This document shows, piece by piece, positions 6,189-15,002 of a DNA stretch of 16,535 nucleotides. The translations under genes were made by a program, and so were the position numbers. Numbering within the stretch: the stretch's first letter is position 1; each line of letters starts with the position of its first letter. The notes under the pieces are model-generated. The model searched no databases. It worked only from the letters and a program-made list of their open reading frames with translations, and was not told the origin of the DNA. This DNA comes from Alphaproteobacteria bacterium (GTDB lineage: Bacteria > Pseudomonadota > Alphaproteobacteria > RF32 > CAG-239): assembly GCA_016288295.1 (NCBI GenBank), contig JAEEYV010000009.1:1-16535 (forward strand), read 5' to 3'.

Positions 6189-6659
6189 ATGTCATTAAAA
6201 GAAATGCTCGAAAAAAATCGGAAAAAACGCAAGAATGGCTTAGTCATCCAACCTGATATAGGATGGGCAGGACCGAAACCCGCCAAAACAAAGGCCGAAA
6301 AGATTAATCAAATCAAAACGGAATTTATTGATGACAGAGCTTTATTGATTGTCGGGGCTAAAGCCTCCGATTTTGCAGAATATCCGAAGATAGAGGCCAA
6401 TGTCTCAGTCCAAGACTTAATCAAGCACATCGAACAATTGGAATCTGTAAAACAAAGACTGAAAAAGAAGATGTTGCTTGTTATAACCGGGCTGGATAAG
6501 GTTTCGGCTGATGAACAGGCAAAATTCATTCCTCTCTTGAAGGATAGGCAAATTATGGCAAGTAAATTGCCTGATGCGGTTCAAATTGTTATGCCTGTTG
6601 CTGATGCTGATGCAGTTTCTCATGCAACAAAGTCACTCATTTTTGAATTGAAAGTATAA
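6189..6659 (+). CDS. hypothetical 156-aa protein, middle gene of the ATPase-vWA operon
   Basis: Strong RBS GGGAGGAAG. The start is 1 nt after the ATPase stop, and the stop is 2 nt before the next ATG. I recognise no motif; LLVITGLD...IVMPV vaguely recalls a degenerate P-loop-fold strand order. Basic N-terminus. Confidence 0.6.
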   Translation: MSLKEMLEKNRKKRKNGLVIQPDIGWAGPKPAKTKAEKINQIKTEFIDDRALLIVGAKASDFAEYPKIEANVSVQDLIKHIEQLESVKQRLKKKMLLVITGLDKVSADEQAKFIPLLKDRQIMASKLPDAVQIVMPVADADAVSHATKSLIFELKV

Positions 6660-6661
6660 TA

Positions 6662-8512
6662 ATGCCTAATATGGTCACAGAGCAACAGGAAGAAATTCAA
6701 TATATCAAAGAACAGGTTTTGGCCAAGTTCCCTTTGCTCGGTGTGACAATGCGGCCTTTATCGGTTGTTCCTGATGATAGAATTGGGACAGCGGCCACAG
6801 ATGGACATCGCATTATCTATTCTCCAAAGTTTTTTAGCACCTTATCGGATGAACAAAAGCAATTTGTCTTTGCGCATGAAGTGATGCATGTCGCTTTTAA
6901 CCATATTTTGCGCAGTAAGGGTCGTAATCAAAGGTTGTGGAATATCGCAACCGATTCTGTTATCAACCAAATTCTGAAAAATGAAAAATTGCCATTAACG
7001 GAAGGTGGTGTTGATATTGCAGAAGCTGTCAACCATTCGGCCGAGGAAATGTATGAAAAACTCTTGAAAAAGAAAGAACAGCGCGATCAGGAAAAGGGGC
7101 AAAATCAAGAGCAAGATCAACAACAGCAACAACAACAATCACAATCCGGTGGGGCGGACCAGCCTCAGGATCAGGATGCACAAAATCAGCCTGAACAGGA
7201 ACAACCTCAGGATCAAGACGGACAAAATCAATCCGGACAAGACCAGCCTCAGGATCAAGACGGGCAAAAGGGACAAGAACAATCCGATCAACAATCAGAC
7301 GGTTCGGAAAATCAAGATGAACAAAACAAAAATTCATCAGAAGGCTCGGAAGGATCCGAACAACAGAAAGATCAATCTCAAGATGGTGATTCAAACTCTG
7401 ATCAAAACAGTTCTTCAGGTCAGGGAGACGAGAATCAATCTGATTCAAATTCCGAACAATCAAGCGACAATCAACAGGGATCCTCTAAACCTCAAAAAGG
7501 TGGTCAACGTTCGCAATCCGGTTCTTCCTCTCAATCAGAAGACACCGACTGGGATGACAGCAATATCGATTGGGACAATGAAGATGAACAAGTAGGCCAC
7601 GATACACACGATATTTGGAAAGAAGCGGTTGAAGAGGCAGAACGTGAAGAACAACGGAAACAGGAACAAGCGAATAAGAAGAGTTTGTGGAATAGGCTGA
7701 AAGAAGCCATGGGGCAAAAAGAAGCTTCCGAGGGTCAAGGTGAACCTCAAGAAAAAGAAGCACCCGTGCCACAGGATGAAAACATGGATGCCTATGAAAA
7801 AGGCTTCTTGGCAGAAAATCAAGAAAAACGTCATGAGATGGCCGAACAGGTGCGCGAGCAATTAAACAGGATAAAAGGAAGCCTCCGTCAATCAAATGAT
7901 CATACCACAGTCGGGGATGTTGGGGAAACTCAAACGCCGGTGGTTGATTGGAAAAAAATGCTTAAAAAATCTTTCGATGAAGAGCGTGATCGTTGGTCCT
8001 ATCGTCGTTCCGGTTCTGAAAATGACTATATGGCCCGGGTGGAAGAATTGGAAGATGAAGGCCGTCCGGATACGGAAGTTATGTTGGATGTGAGCGGTTC
8101 TGTAAATATCCGCTTGTTACGTGAATTTTTAAGACAACTTAAACCGTTGCTTAAATCCTCTAAATTAAAGGTCGGTTGCTTTGATGAGTTTGTTTATGAC
8201 TTTAAGGAAATAAAGACTAAAGAGGATATTGACCATTTCCAAATTACGGCAAAATCTCAATGGACTGAAAACTGGGATGCGGCTGTCCGGGCATTTTCTA
8301 AGAAAAAAGAAGTGAATAAAATTATTTTTACAGACGGATATCCATGCCCAGGAACAATGCCTAAAGAAGATTTAAAGGGTAAGAATGTTATTTGGATAGT
8401 TTACGGAAATAAAGATTTTAATCCATGCTGTGGTAAAGTCATCCAGGTTTCCGAACGACAACTTCAGTCGTATATTCAGACGGCCGCTCCACTTTCTAGA
8501 GGTGGAAGATAA
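6662..8512 (+). CDS. DUF2201-type protein: N-terminal putative Zn-metallopeptidase domain, long disordered linker, C-terminal vWA-like domain
   Basis: ATDGHRIIYSPKFF....FVFAHEVMHVAFNHILR....WNIATDSVINQIL contains HExxH at nt 6875-6889, the pattern I associate with Pfam DUF2201_N. The C-terminus has the vWA MIDAS-like DVSGS (nt 8087-8101) and ...IIFTDGY. This is the typical partner of MoxR-class ATPases. Confidence 0.8.
   Translation: MPNMVTEQQEEIQYIKEQVLAKFPLLGVTMRPLSVVPDDRIGTAATDGHRIIYSPKFFSTLSDEQKQFVFAHEVMHVAFNHILRSKGRNQRLWNIATDSVINQILKNEKLPLTEGGVDIAEAVNHSAEEMYEKLLKKKEQRDQEKGQNQEQDQQQQQQQSQSGGADQPQDQDAQNQPEQEQPQDQDGQNQSGQDQPQDQDGQKGQEQSDQQSDGSENQDEQNKNSSEGSEGSEQQKDQSQDGDSNSDQNSSSGQGDENQSDSNSEQSSDNQQGSSKPQKGGQRSQSGSSSQSEDTDWDDSNIDWDNEDEQVGHDTHDIWKEAVEEAEREEQRKQEQANKKSLWNRLKEAMGQKEASEGQGEPQEKEAPVPQDENMDAYEKGFLAENQEKRHEMAEQVREQLNRIKGSLRQSNDHTTVGDVGETQTPVVDWKKMLKKSFDEERDRWSYRRSGSENDYMARVEELEDEGRPDTEVMLDVSGSVNIRLLREFLRQLKPLLKSSKLKVGCFDEFVYDFKEIKTKEDIDHFQITAKSQWTENWDAAVRAFSKKKEVNKIIFTDGYPCPGTMPKEDLKGKNVIWIVYGNKDFNPCCGKVIQVSERQLQSYIQTAAPLSRGGR
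7157..7270 (+). repeat. three imperfect 42-nt (14-aa) tandem repeats inside the disordered linker
   Basis: Units start at 7157, 7199 and 7241 (GACCAGCCTCAGGATCA(G/A)GA(T/C)G.ACAAAA...) and encode (D)QPQDQD(A/G)QNQ-type repeats. Confidence 0.7.
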
Positions 8513-8521
8513 GATACAACG

Positions 8522-8542
8522 CCATTCTTAGACGATGAATGG
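8522..8542. terminator. weak hairpin between the convergent operons (possible bidirectional terminator)
   Basis: CCATTC (8522-8527) pairs with GAATGG (8537-8542), with a 9-nt loop and no clear U-tract. It is the only structure in the 44-nt convergent intergenic gap. Confidence 0.2.
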
Positions 8543-8556
8543 GAAAGTGTGTTAAA

Positions 8557-11139
8557 TTAAGATAAATTAGCCTCAAAAATTTGATAAAGGTCAAATTCTA
8601 TACCGTCCACGCCTCTGATGAGGTCTATTTCGTCTTCAGCGGCAACATCAATTCGGGCCTGATCTAAAAACAAGCCTTCTTCTTTTCGTTTAAGCTCTTT
8701 TTCAGCGACATTTAGTTGCTTTTGAATACGCAACTCCGACAGTCTGTCTGAAGCGGTAGATATTGTTTCGCGTATTTTTTTAACCTCTTGCCTTGCCTCG
8801 GACAGATTCTGTTCCAATACAGATTTTTGGCGGCTGGCTTTTATTTTAATTAAATCAACATCCGTATCGAACTTTTTGGTATAATCATTTACATAACGTT
8901 CTTTAAGGTCGCGCTGGATGCGTGTATCTAACAAATCTCGCGATGAACCGCCAGTCGTTTTTAGCCAATACGGATTCCTCTTTTCTTCAGCTATAAATTC
9001 ACTAACCGGTTGATTGATAATTTTTTGGCATTCCTCATCAGTCATGAGCCGCCCATCAGGGGTCGTACCAACCAAAATGTCATACTCTGATAAATACTGA
9101 CGGCGGCGATTACGTAAGACGATGTTGTAGAACTTTATATTGCATTTCTCTGTCGGAGCAACGGTTTTAATGTCCGCTTTGTCAGAGCATGATATTTCCT
9201 GTAAAATACCACGAACAAGCACGGATGTTAAAGTGATGCGCCCCGCGGCCGGCTTAAAATCTTTACTCATTCCATAAGTCCTGCGACCGGTGTATGGCAC
9301 ATTTCTTGTGCCGGTGTAATAGTAAAACATGTGCGGCAATTCTTTGTCGTCCGGTAAAGTCAGCGTTTGATTGTAGTCATCGATCACATATTCCGGATGC
9401 TTTGTCGCAAAATAAAACTTCACAACTTCCCATAAATCTTTATTCAAGAACTCCGCTTGTTCCTCTATGTATTTTGGCGAAACGGACACTTTCTCGGCAA
9501 TATCTTTGGTAAAAGTGGTAAAGAGAGAACTTTCAGCCGCTGAAACAATGCGCTCATTCGGTTCGCGGTTTACTTCCAAGTTTGTTTCCATATCTGCGCG
9601 TATATCACTAAGCGTGCGGCGTTTTTGCAAAACATCTTCCAGTTTAACATCAAAATTACCGACAATATCGTCCGACATACCAAAAATGCCTTCAAATTGC
9701 AGGGTACGCTTGTTTATCAGCTCCAAAATACGGACATCCGAGATATTTTCTTTGCTTAAAAGATTGATAACTAAAACATCGGATTGCTGGCCTTGTCGGT
9801 GGCAACGACAGATACGCTGTTCCATTTCCACGGCGTTATAAAGTAAATCATAGTTAACCACAACTGGACAATATTCAATATCCAAGCCTTTGGCCATAGC
9901 ATCATTACAAATTAAAATTTGCAAATCTTTTTCTGCCCGAAAACGTGGCAGAGCATCATTTTCTGTATGCTTGATGACATTATATCCGGCGGTTTTAAGC
10001 AAATTTGCCAAAACTGGCACGGTGGCAAGATTATCCACGAACACAATCGCTTTTTGTGTTTCTTTACGCAATTTTAAGTGTGCAAATGTCGTTTTAATAG
10101 CTTTTAGAAATTCTTCCATTTTGGCGGTTTGCGTAATTTTTGCCGCCATATCGCGCATTGATTCCAAAATAACACGTTCATCGCCTTGTGTTCGCTCAAT
10201 AGGTGCTTCCAACATTGTGGCAAATGCTTGTGGTGATGAGGCCAAAATGTGGTAAAACATCAAAGTCAGTTGATAATTATCCATTTGCGGATAAGCCTGC
10301 TTTTCAGCTAAATTTAAGTATTTTTCGGTTAAATCATAAATTTTCTTTTCATCATCTTTTGGCACATAGTTCAAAACAATCGGTAAGCGACGTGTAAAGT
10401 TTACATACTGGCTCGCTTGGCTTTTAAGGGTACGAAAAGCGAATTGTGATACCCAATTTGATAGTTCTGGATAGTTTTCGGGCTTTCTGAAATACCGGCG
10501 ATAAAAACTGTCAGGATCCGGCAGAACGCTTTCATCAATAAAATGTATCAATCCGTAAATATCCATGATACTCATTGTGATCGGCGTTGGCGTTAAAAGC
10601 AGTTTGAAAGCATCGCCGACAGCACCCTTAATGGTTGCAACTGATTTATTGTCCGGCTTAAAAAGAAAATCAGCCTCATCAAACACGGCCAAATCCCAAC
10701 GAATGCTTTTGACTTCTTCTGCCTCACGGATAACATCATCGTATGTGACAAGGCAAATACCTTTACTATCGGCAGTATATTCGGCCCATTTGATAACCGG
10801 CAAGGTGAACTCTTCATCAAGTTTTTGTTGCCATTGTGCCATAAGGTTTTGGGGTAAAACAACCAATATATGTTCTTTTCCCTCGTACCAACGTTGAGCT
10901 ACTACAAGCAAAGCCTCATAAGTTTTACCGAGTGAGCCTTCATCACATAAAATGCAACCTTTAATCAACCTGGATCGCAGGGCAAAACGGGCCGCGGCTA
11001 TTTGATAAGGTAATACTTTAATTTTTGAAGAAGCATAAACCGCCAGTAAATTATCGTCATCGCGAAAACTGGCCAATCGTCTGGCTTCCACCATAGCGGC
11101 AAATTCGGATACAAAACGATACGGCTTAGTCTCTTCCAT
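8557..11139 (-). CDS. SNF2-family helicase/translocase with a long C-terminal extension ending in a coiled coil
   Basis: 860 aa. Motif I is LCDEGSLGKT, motif II is VFDEADFL, and the C-terminal helicase lobe has ...KGLDIEYCPVVVNYDL...EQRICRCHRQGQ (SNF2 motif VI). The C-terminal ~350 aa are unassigned, and the last ~100 aa are heptad-like and charged. The start is 3 nt downstream of the res stop. Confidence 0.85.
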   Translation of the reverse strand: MEETKPYRFVSEFAAMVEARRLASFRDDDNLLAVYASSKIKVLPYQIAAARFALRSRLIKGCILCDEGSLGKTYEALLVVAQRWYEGKEHILVVLPQNLMAQWQQKLDEEFTLPVIKWAEYTADSKGICLVTYDDVIREAEEVKSIRWDLAVFDEADFLFKPDNKSVATIKGAVGDAFKLLLTPTPITMSIMDIYGLIHFIDESVLPDPDSFYRRYFRKPENYPELSNWVSQFAFRTLKSQASQYVNFTRRLPIVLNYVPKDDEKKIYDLTEKYLNLAEKQAYPQMDNYQLTLMFYHILASSPQAFATMLEAPIERTQGDERVILESMRDMAAKITQTAKMEEFLKAIKTTFAHLKLRKETQKAIVFVDNLATVPVLANLLKTAGYNVIKHTENDALPRFRAEKDLQILICNDAMAKGLDIEYCPVVVNYDLLYNAVEMEQRICRCHRQGQQSDVLVINLLSKENISDVRILELINKRTLQFEGIFGMSDDIVGNFDVKLEDVLQKRRTLSDIRADMETNLEVNREPNERIVSAAESSLFTTFTKDIAEKVSVSPKYIEEQAEFLNKDLWEVVKFYFATKHPEYVIDDYNQTLTLPDDKELPHMFYYYTGTRNVPYTGRRTYGMSKDFKPAAGRITLTSVLVRGILQEISCSDKADIKTVAPTEKCNIKFYNIVLRNRRRQYLSEYDILVGTTPDGRLMTDEECQKIINQPVSEFIAEEKRNPYWLKTTGGSSRDLLDTRIQRDLKERYVNDYTKKFDTDVDLIKIKASRQKSVLEQNLSEARQEVKKIRETISTASDRLSELRIQKQLNVAEKELKRKEEGLFLDQARIDVAAEDEIDLIRGVDGIEFDLYQIFEANLS

Positions 11140-11142
11140 AAT

Positions 11143-14100
11143 TTACACCGTTTTCTTAAATTCCTGCCAATTTCTGACCGGCTGTTCGGAGTAGATAACA
11201 TTATCAAGAGCTTTGAAGTGCTGTGCACCGCAATGGATTTTTTGTTGTTCTTCCGGTCGCAGGCCATAGAACGAATCAGTTCCTTTGGTTTCAAGCACGA
11301 AATAAAGTTTCTGTTCGCCGTTTTTCTCTAAATAGACAGCCCAGTCCGGATTATAGGTTCCGATAGGTGTATCAATCTTAAACCGGCTTGGAATTTTAAA
11401 GAACATTTTAACGTCAGGATCCTCATCCAAAGCAACGGCAAACGGCTTTTCAACCGTGCTACTGTCATAAATAACATAGTCATAAACGCTGTTTTTAACC
11501 GCGACAGCATTACGATCAAGATTAGCAATCAATTCTTCGCTCGAGAAAATCTCTTGCACGGCATATTCTTCGCCGGCCAATTTAATATACTTAATTCCAT
11601 CAATGGCCAATGCATGACGATTGCGCTGGATGATCTCCAAAACCTTTTCGTAGAAGTCTTGTGGGTTTTTCAAAAAGTCTCCGGCCCGGCCGCTTTCTTG
11701 AATGATTTTATTCACGGTGGAACGTTTCAGCAATGTTTTGGTAGAGATTAAACGCAAAATATCCGGCAGAACATCATAGCTCTTTTCCAGGTTTTGGGTA
11801 AACATCGCACCGGCTTGGGCAGTTACGCCTGACTTTTGAATATCAACTGAGGCTGTCTGACTGAGTAAACGGGCCGAAGCAATCTCCGGCATTTCGCGAA
11901 TATCCTTGATACTATCGGCGATAAGCTTATCCAAATCAAACTGGACCCGATAAGTGGTCTTTTGCTTAATTTTATTCCACAACTCCATAAATTCAGGTGA
12001 TAACAGCGCACGTTTATTGAGTTTTACCGTTACATCCTTGGAGGCATCGCGGATGTTGAGCTTGTTATCAGCCTTGTTCATGGACTGTAAAATTGCACGT
12101 TGCGCGGCTTTTGACCAACGCTCGCTTAAATTGAGTGTACCGGCGGCAAGCTGTGCCTTCATGGTGTCTTTAATCTTGTTCTTGCTGTCAATAACCTTTT
12201 TATCTTTCAGCTCATCCATAATCGCGGCCGCTTCCTCATACGAAAAGGTCTTTTTCTCGACAACAGTTTCTTTATATGTTGTATTCGCAAGCGCGGCAAC
12301 CGATACCGGCTTTGAAGTTTTGATCATATCTTGAACATGTGTTTTGACCGGCTCCGGCATCGGGATGTTTTCGATTTTAATTTCTTCAGGTTTAACTTCC
12401 GGTTTAATGTAGCCGCCATCATCAATTAACCCATGCTTTTGTAAATCTTCCACAATAGCGGTGGCCTCACTCTCGCTGACCGTACGTTCAACTTCAACTT
12501 CTTCATCGTAAGAGTAGCCGACAAGCATATCCAATTCGAAAACGCCGAATTTAACACCGGTTTCATCTTCAATTTCTTTTTGCAGCTTATCAGCAAACTC
12601 GGCAAAACTTTCGTTGGCGATAACGTGCAAAACATTGATGTTCTTATCCTCAATCCGTTCTCCGTCCTGATTAACGCAAAGTCTTAAACCACGACCGATT
12701 TTTTGACGGCAGGTAAACAGCGATTTTTGCTCGATCAACGTGCAAACTTGGAAGACGTTCGGATTATCCCAACCTTCTTTTAACGCCGAGTGCGAGAAAA
12801 TAAAGCGGAGCGGACATTCAAACGACAACAGCCACTCTTTATCTTTCATAATGGTATTATAAGTGTCATCATCAGCCTGCGTGTCGCCTTTGGTATCCTT
12901 ATATTTACCTTTTTTATCCTGGGAGAAGTAGCCGTTATGCGCTTTATTTACATCCGTATCAAATTTGGTTTTCAAAATAGCATACTTCGGCTTATTGATC
13001 AGCTCGTTGTAGCATTCCTCAAACATTTCGGCATAAATACCTTTGCCACCATCCTCGGTGCGGTATTTTTTAACCTCATCAATAAAGAACAGGGACAGCA
13101 CCTTAATTCCCATATCAAAATAGCGCAATTCTTTATCAAGGTGCGTTTTAATGGTCTGATAAATTTGCGCACGTTTCAAAACTTTTTCATCAACGCTACC
13201 GATGGCTTTACCCAGGGCAACATATTCTGAGTTTGCAAATTCCACACCTTCAAGGCCTGATGTACAATCGATTCCCGAAACAACATAGCCTTCATAAATT
13301 TTGCGGTGACCGGATTTGATAAACAGATCATCGTCCGGTTTAACCGTTATAACCTTACGCGTAATATGGGCGTTGTCGTCTTCCACATCAATTTCCAGTT
13401 TGGCCGCAAAACCGTTGGCGTTTGAAACATCTTTTAAGGCGATATACGGCTTGTTCGAATCATTGATGACCGAGTTTGAAATGACACAAATTTGTTTTAC
13501 CAAGCCCATCTGATACGCATCAACCGGTGTTAAACGATAGACAAGATTCTGCTTTTCGCGGTGGGTGGCAGAATAACGTAAAACGCACAGCGGATTGAGC
13601 ATGGCGATGGCTTCCTTTGCCTTTGGTGTATTATCAACACTTTGTGGCTCATCAATAATCACAACCGGATTCGTGTCTTGGATATAGCGCATAGCGGTTT
13701 CGCCGTTCAGTTTATCCTGCTCTTGATTGATAATGTTTTCGGCCTTTTTGAAAGCATCGATGTTGATGATCATGATTTCAATATTGCTGGAAGTCGCAAA
13801 GGCTCGCACATCAGAGAGCTTGGCCGAATTATAAATAAAGTAGCGGTACGGTACGCCGTCATATTGATTTTTGAAGTATTCTTCCGTAACCTGAAACGAC
13901 TTGTTTACGCCCTCACGAATAGCCACGCTCGGTACAACAATAATAAACTTTGTAAAGCCGTAGCGGTGGTTAAGCTCCAAAATTGTCTTGGTATAAACGA
14001 AAGTTTTACCGGTTCCGGTTTCCATTTCGATTGAGAGCGGCACCGCCTTAATGCCGTCAATGTCGGTTTGCGGCAGAGAATGAGCCTTTTGGATTGCATG

Positions 14101-14301
14101 AAGATTGTTGTTTATAGTTTCCTCATCTAACACCAACTTGTTACCAAAACCGAATTCATTTTGCAAAAAAGAGGCTTGCGCGGAGTTATCAGCGATTGAA
14201 AAAGTCATATTTGCTTTTTCTTGGCCCTTGAATAACTCCACCGCCGCATTTGTGGCATCGGTTTGAAATTCTTGATTCTTAAACTTTAGTTTCATGCTCA
14301 T
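11143..14301 (-). CDS. res: Type III restriction endonuclease, Res subunit
   Basis: 1052 aa. The N-terminus M(SM)KLKFKNQEFQTDATNAAVELFKGQ is typical of Type III Res. Helicase motifs: METGTGKT, VIIDEPQS, EGWDNPNVF, GRGLR. The C-terminal PD-(D/E)xK nuclease appears as YNPDWAVYLE...LYFVLETKG. An alternative start at the third codon (14295) is possible. Confidence 0.9.
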   Translation of the reverse strand: MSMKLKFKNQEFQTDATNAAVELFKGQEKANMTFSIADNSAQASFLQNEFGFGNKLVLDEETINNNLHAIQKAHSLPQTDIDGIKAVPLSIEMETGTGKTFVYTKTILELNHRYGFTKFIIVVPSVAIREGVNKSFQVTEEYFKNQYDGVPYRYFIYNSAKLSDVRAFATSSNIEIMIINIDAFKKAENIINQEQDKLNGETAMRYIQDTNPVVIIDEPQSVDNTPKAKEAIAMLNPLCVLRYSATHREKQNLVYRLTPVDAYQMGLVKQICVISNSVINDSNKPYIALKDVSNANGFAAKLEIDVEDDNAHITRKVITVKPDDDLFIKSGHRKIYEGYVVSGIDCTSGLEGVEFANSEYVALGKAIGSVDEKVLKRAQIYQTIKTHLDKELRYFDMGIKVLSLFFIDEVKKYRTEDGGKGIYAEMFEECYNELINKPKYAILKTKFDTDVNKAHNGYFSQDKKGKYKDTKGDTQADDDTYNTIMKDKEWLLSFECPLRFIFSHSALKEGWDNPNVFQVCTLIEQKSLFTCRQKIGRGLRLCVNQDGERIEDKNINVLHVIANESFAEFADKLQKEIEDETGVKFGVFELDMLVGYSYDEEVEVERTVSESEATAIVEDLQKHGLIDDGGYIKPEVKPEEIKIENIPMPEPVKTHVQDMIKTSKPVSVAALANTTYKETVVEKKTFSYEEAAAIMDELKDKKVIDSKNKIKDTMKAQLAAGTLNLSERWSKAAQRAILQSMNKADNKLNIRDASKDVTVKLNKRALLSPEFMELWNKIKQKTTYRVQFDLDKLIADSIKDIREMPEIASARLLSQTASVDIQKSGVTAQAGAMFTQNLEKSYDVLPDILRLISTKTLLKRSTVNKIIQESGRAGDFLKNPQDFYEKVLEIIQRNRHALAIDGIKYIKLAGEEYAVQEIFSSEELIANLDRNAVAVKNSVYDYVIYDSSTVEKPFAVALDEDPDVKMFFKIPSRFKIDTPIGTYNPDWAVYLEKNGEQKLYFVLETKGTDSFYGLRPEEQQKIHCGAQHFKALDNVIYSEQPVRNWQEFKKTV

Positions 14302-14993
14302 TTACCTATTTTATAAATTACATATTTAATTTCAGGATTCGAAAACTGCTCCTTAAAGAAAGATTCCATTTTCTTGTCATTATTCACAACTTCTTTAGGC
14401 AATTGATTAAAATTTAATATTGTTTTATCCATCATGCCTACATCATTTATCAGAATACGATGACGCTTGTCTTCGTTCTTATTCCAGTAGAGGATCGCAT
14501 ACCTTATAGAGCCGGAAATAACCTCATTATCAAACGTAACGCTGTGCGTTGTAATGGTTTCCAACTTTTTCTTTTTTTTGATTTTACCAGTAAACGGGAT
14601 AAAAATCGTCTTTTCGGGAGTTTGAACTCTAAAATATATGTCTTTATGCATAGGGATTTCAGGCTCATAGGAGTATCTTTTCCCCATAATGTTATATGCA
14701 TGAAAAGGTTCCAACAAAAATGGCTCATCAAAAGTTTTTAGTGTCATTAGGTATTTATTGTTGAATACGACAGAGATGGCCGTAATCGTTTTCGGAGAGA
14801 GCGTTTTATTGAATATCGTGCAATGTAAACCACTCCCTTCAAAAGAATTATGATTTTCTCCGAAAGATGTTATTTTAAGATTTTTTGAAAAGTGGTAAAG
14901 CCAAAAGCCATAAGCAGTTAAAACAAATATCCCCAAATTACCAAGGATGGATGCTACTTTCTCAACAGTTTCCAAATTCAAAAAATCACACAT
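14298..14993 (-). CDS. hypothetical membrane-anchored protein inserted between mod and res
   Basis: 231 aa with a single N-terminal TM (ILGNLGIFVLTAYGFWLYHF) and no recognisable motif. Good RBS (GAGGTGGACG before the ATG). Its stop overlaps the res start (ATGA). Visibly more AT-rich than mod or res. Confidence 0.6.
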   Translation of the reverse strand: MCDFLNLETVEKVASILGNLGIFVLTAYGFWLYHFSKNLKITSFGENHNSFEGSGLHCTIFNKTLSPKTITAISVVFNNKYLMTLKTFDEPFLLEPFHAYNIMGKRYSYEPEIPMHKDIYFRVQTPEKTIFIPFTGKIKKKKKLETITTHSVTFDNEVISGSIRYAILYWNKNEDKRHRILINDVGMMDKTILNFNQLPKEVVNNDKKMESFFKEQFSNPEIKYVIYKIGK

Positions 14994-15002
14994 CGTCCAC
15001 CT

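Noticed and set aside
7029-7895. Several 108-148-aa ORFs on both strands (7029..7463-, 7149..7595+, 7485..7895-, 7535..7861-)
   Set aside because: All lie inside the low-complexity CAA/GAT/CAG-rich linker of the 6662..8512 gene. Codon-repeat DNA stays open in many frames, and the products are compositional nonsense.
9294-14099. Numerous 60-146-aa plus-strand ORFs (e.g. 9467..9841, 9890..10255, 10565..10897, 11954..12334, 12790..13230, 13642..14034) and nested minus-strand ORFs (e.g. 10593..10862, 10998..11294, 11328..11528, 11823..12011, 12426..12653, 13905..14099) inside the SNF2 and res genes
   Set aside because: They are plus-strand antisense ORFs or out-of-frame minus-strand ORFs embedded in two long genes with strong motif support. 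They lack RBSs and recognisable motifs.
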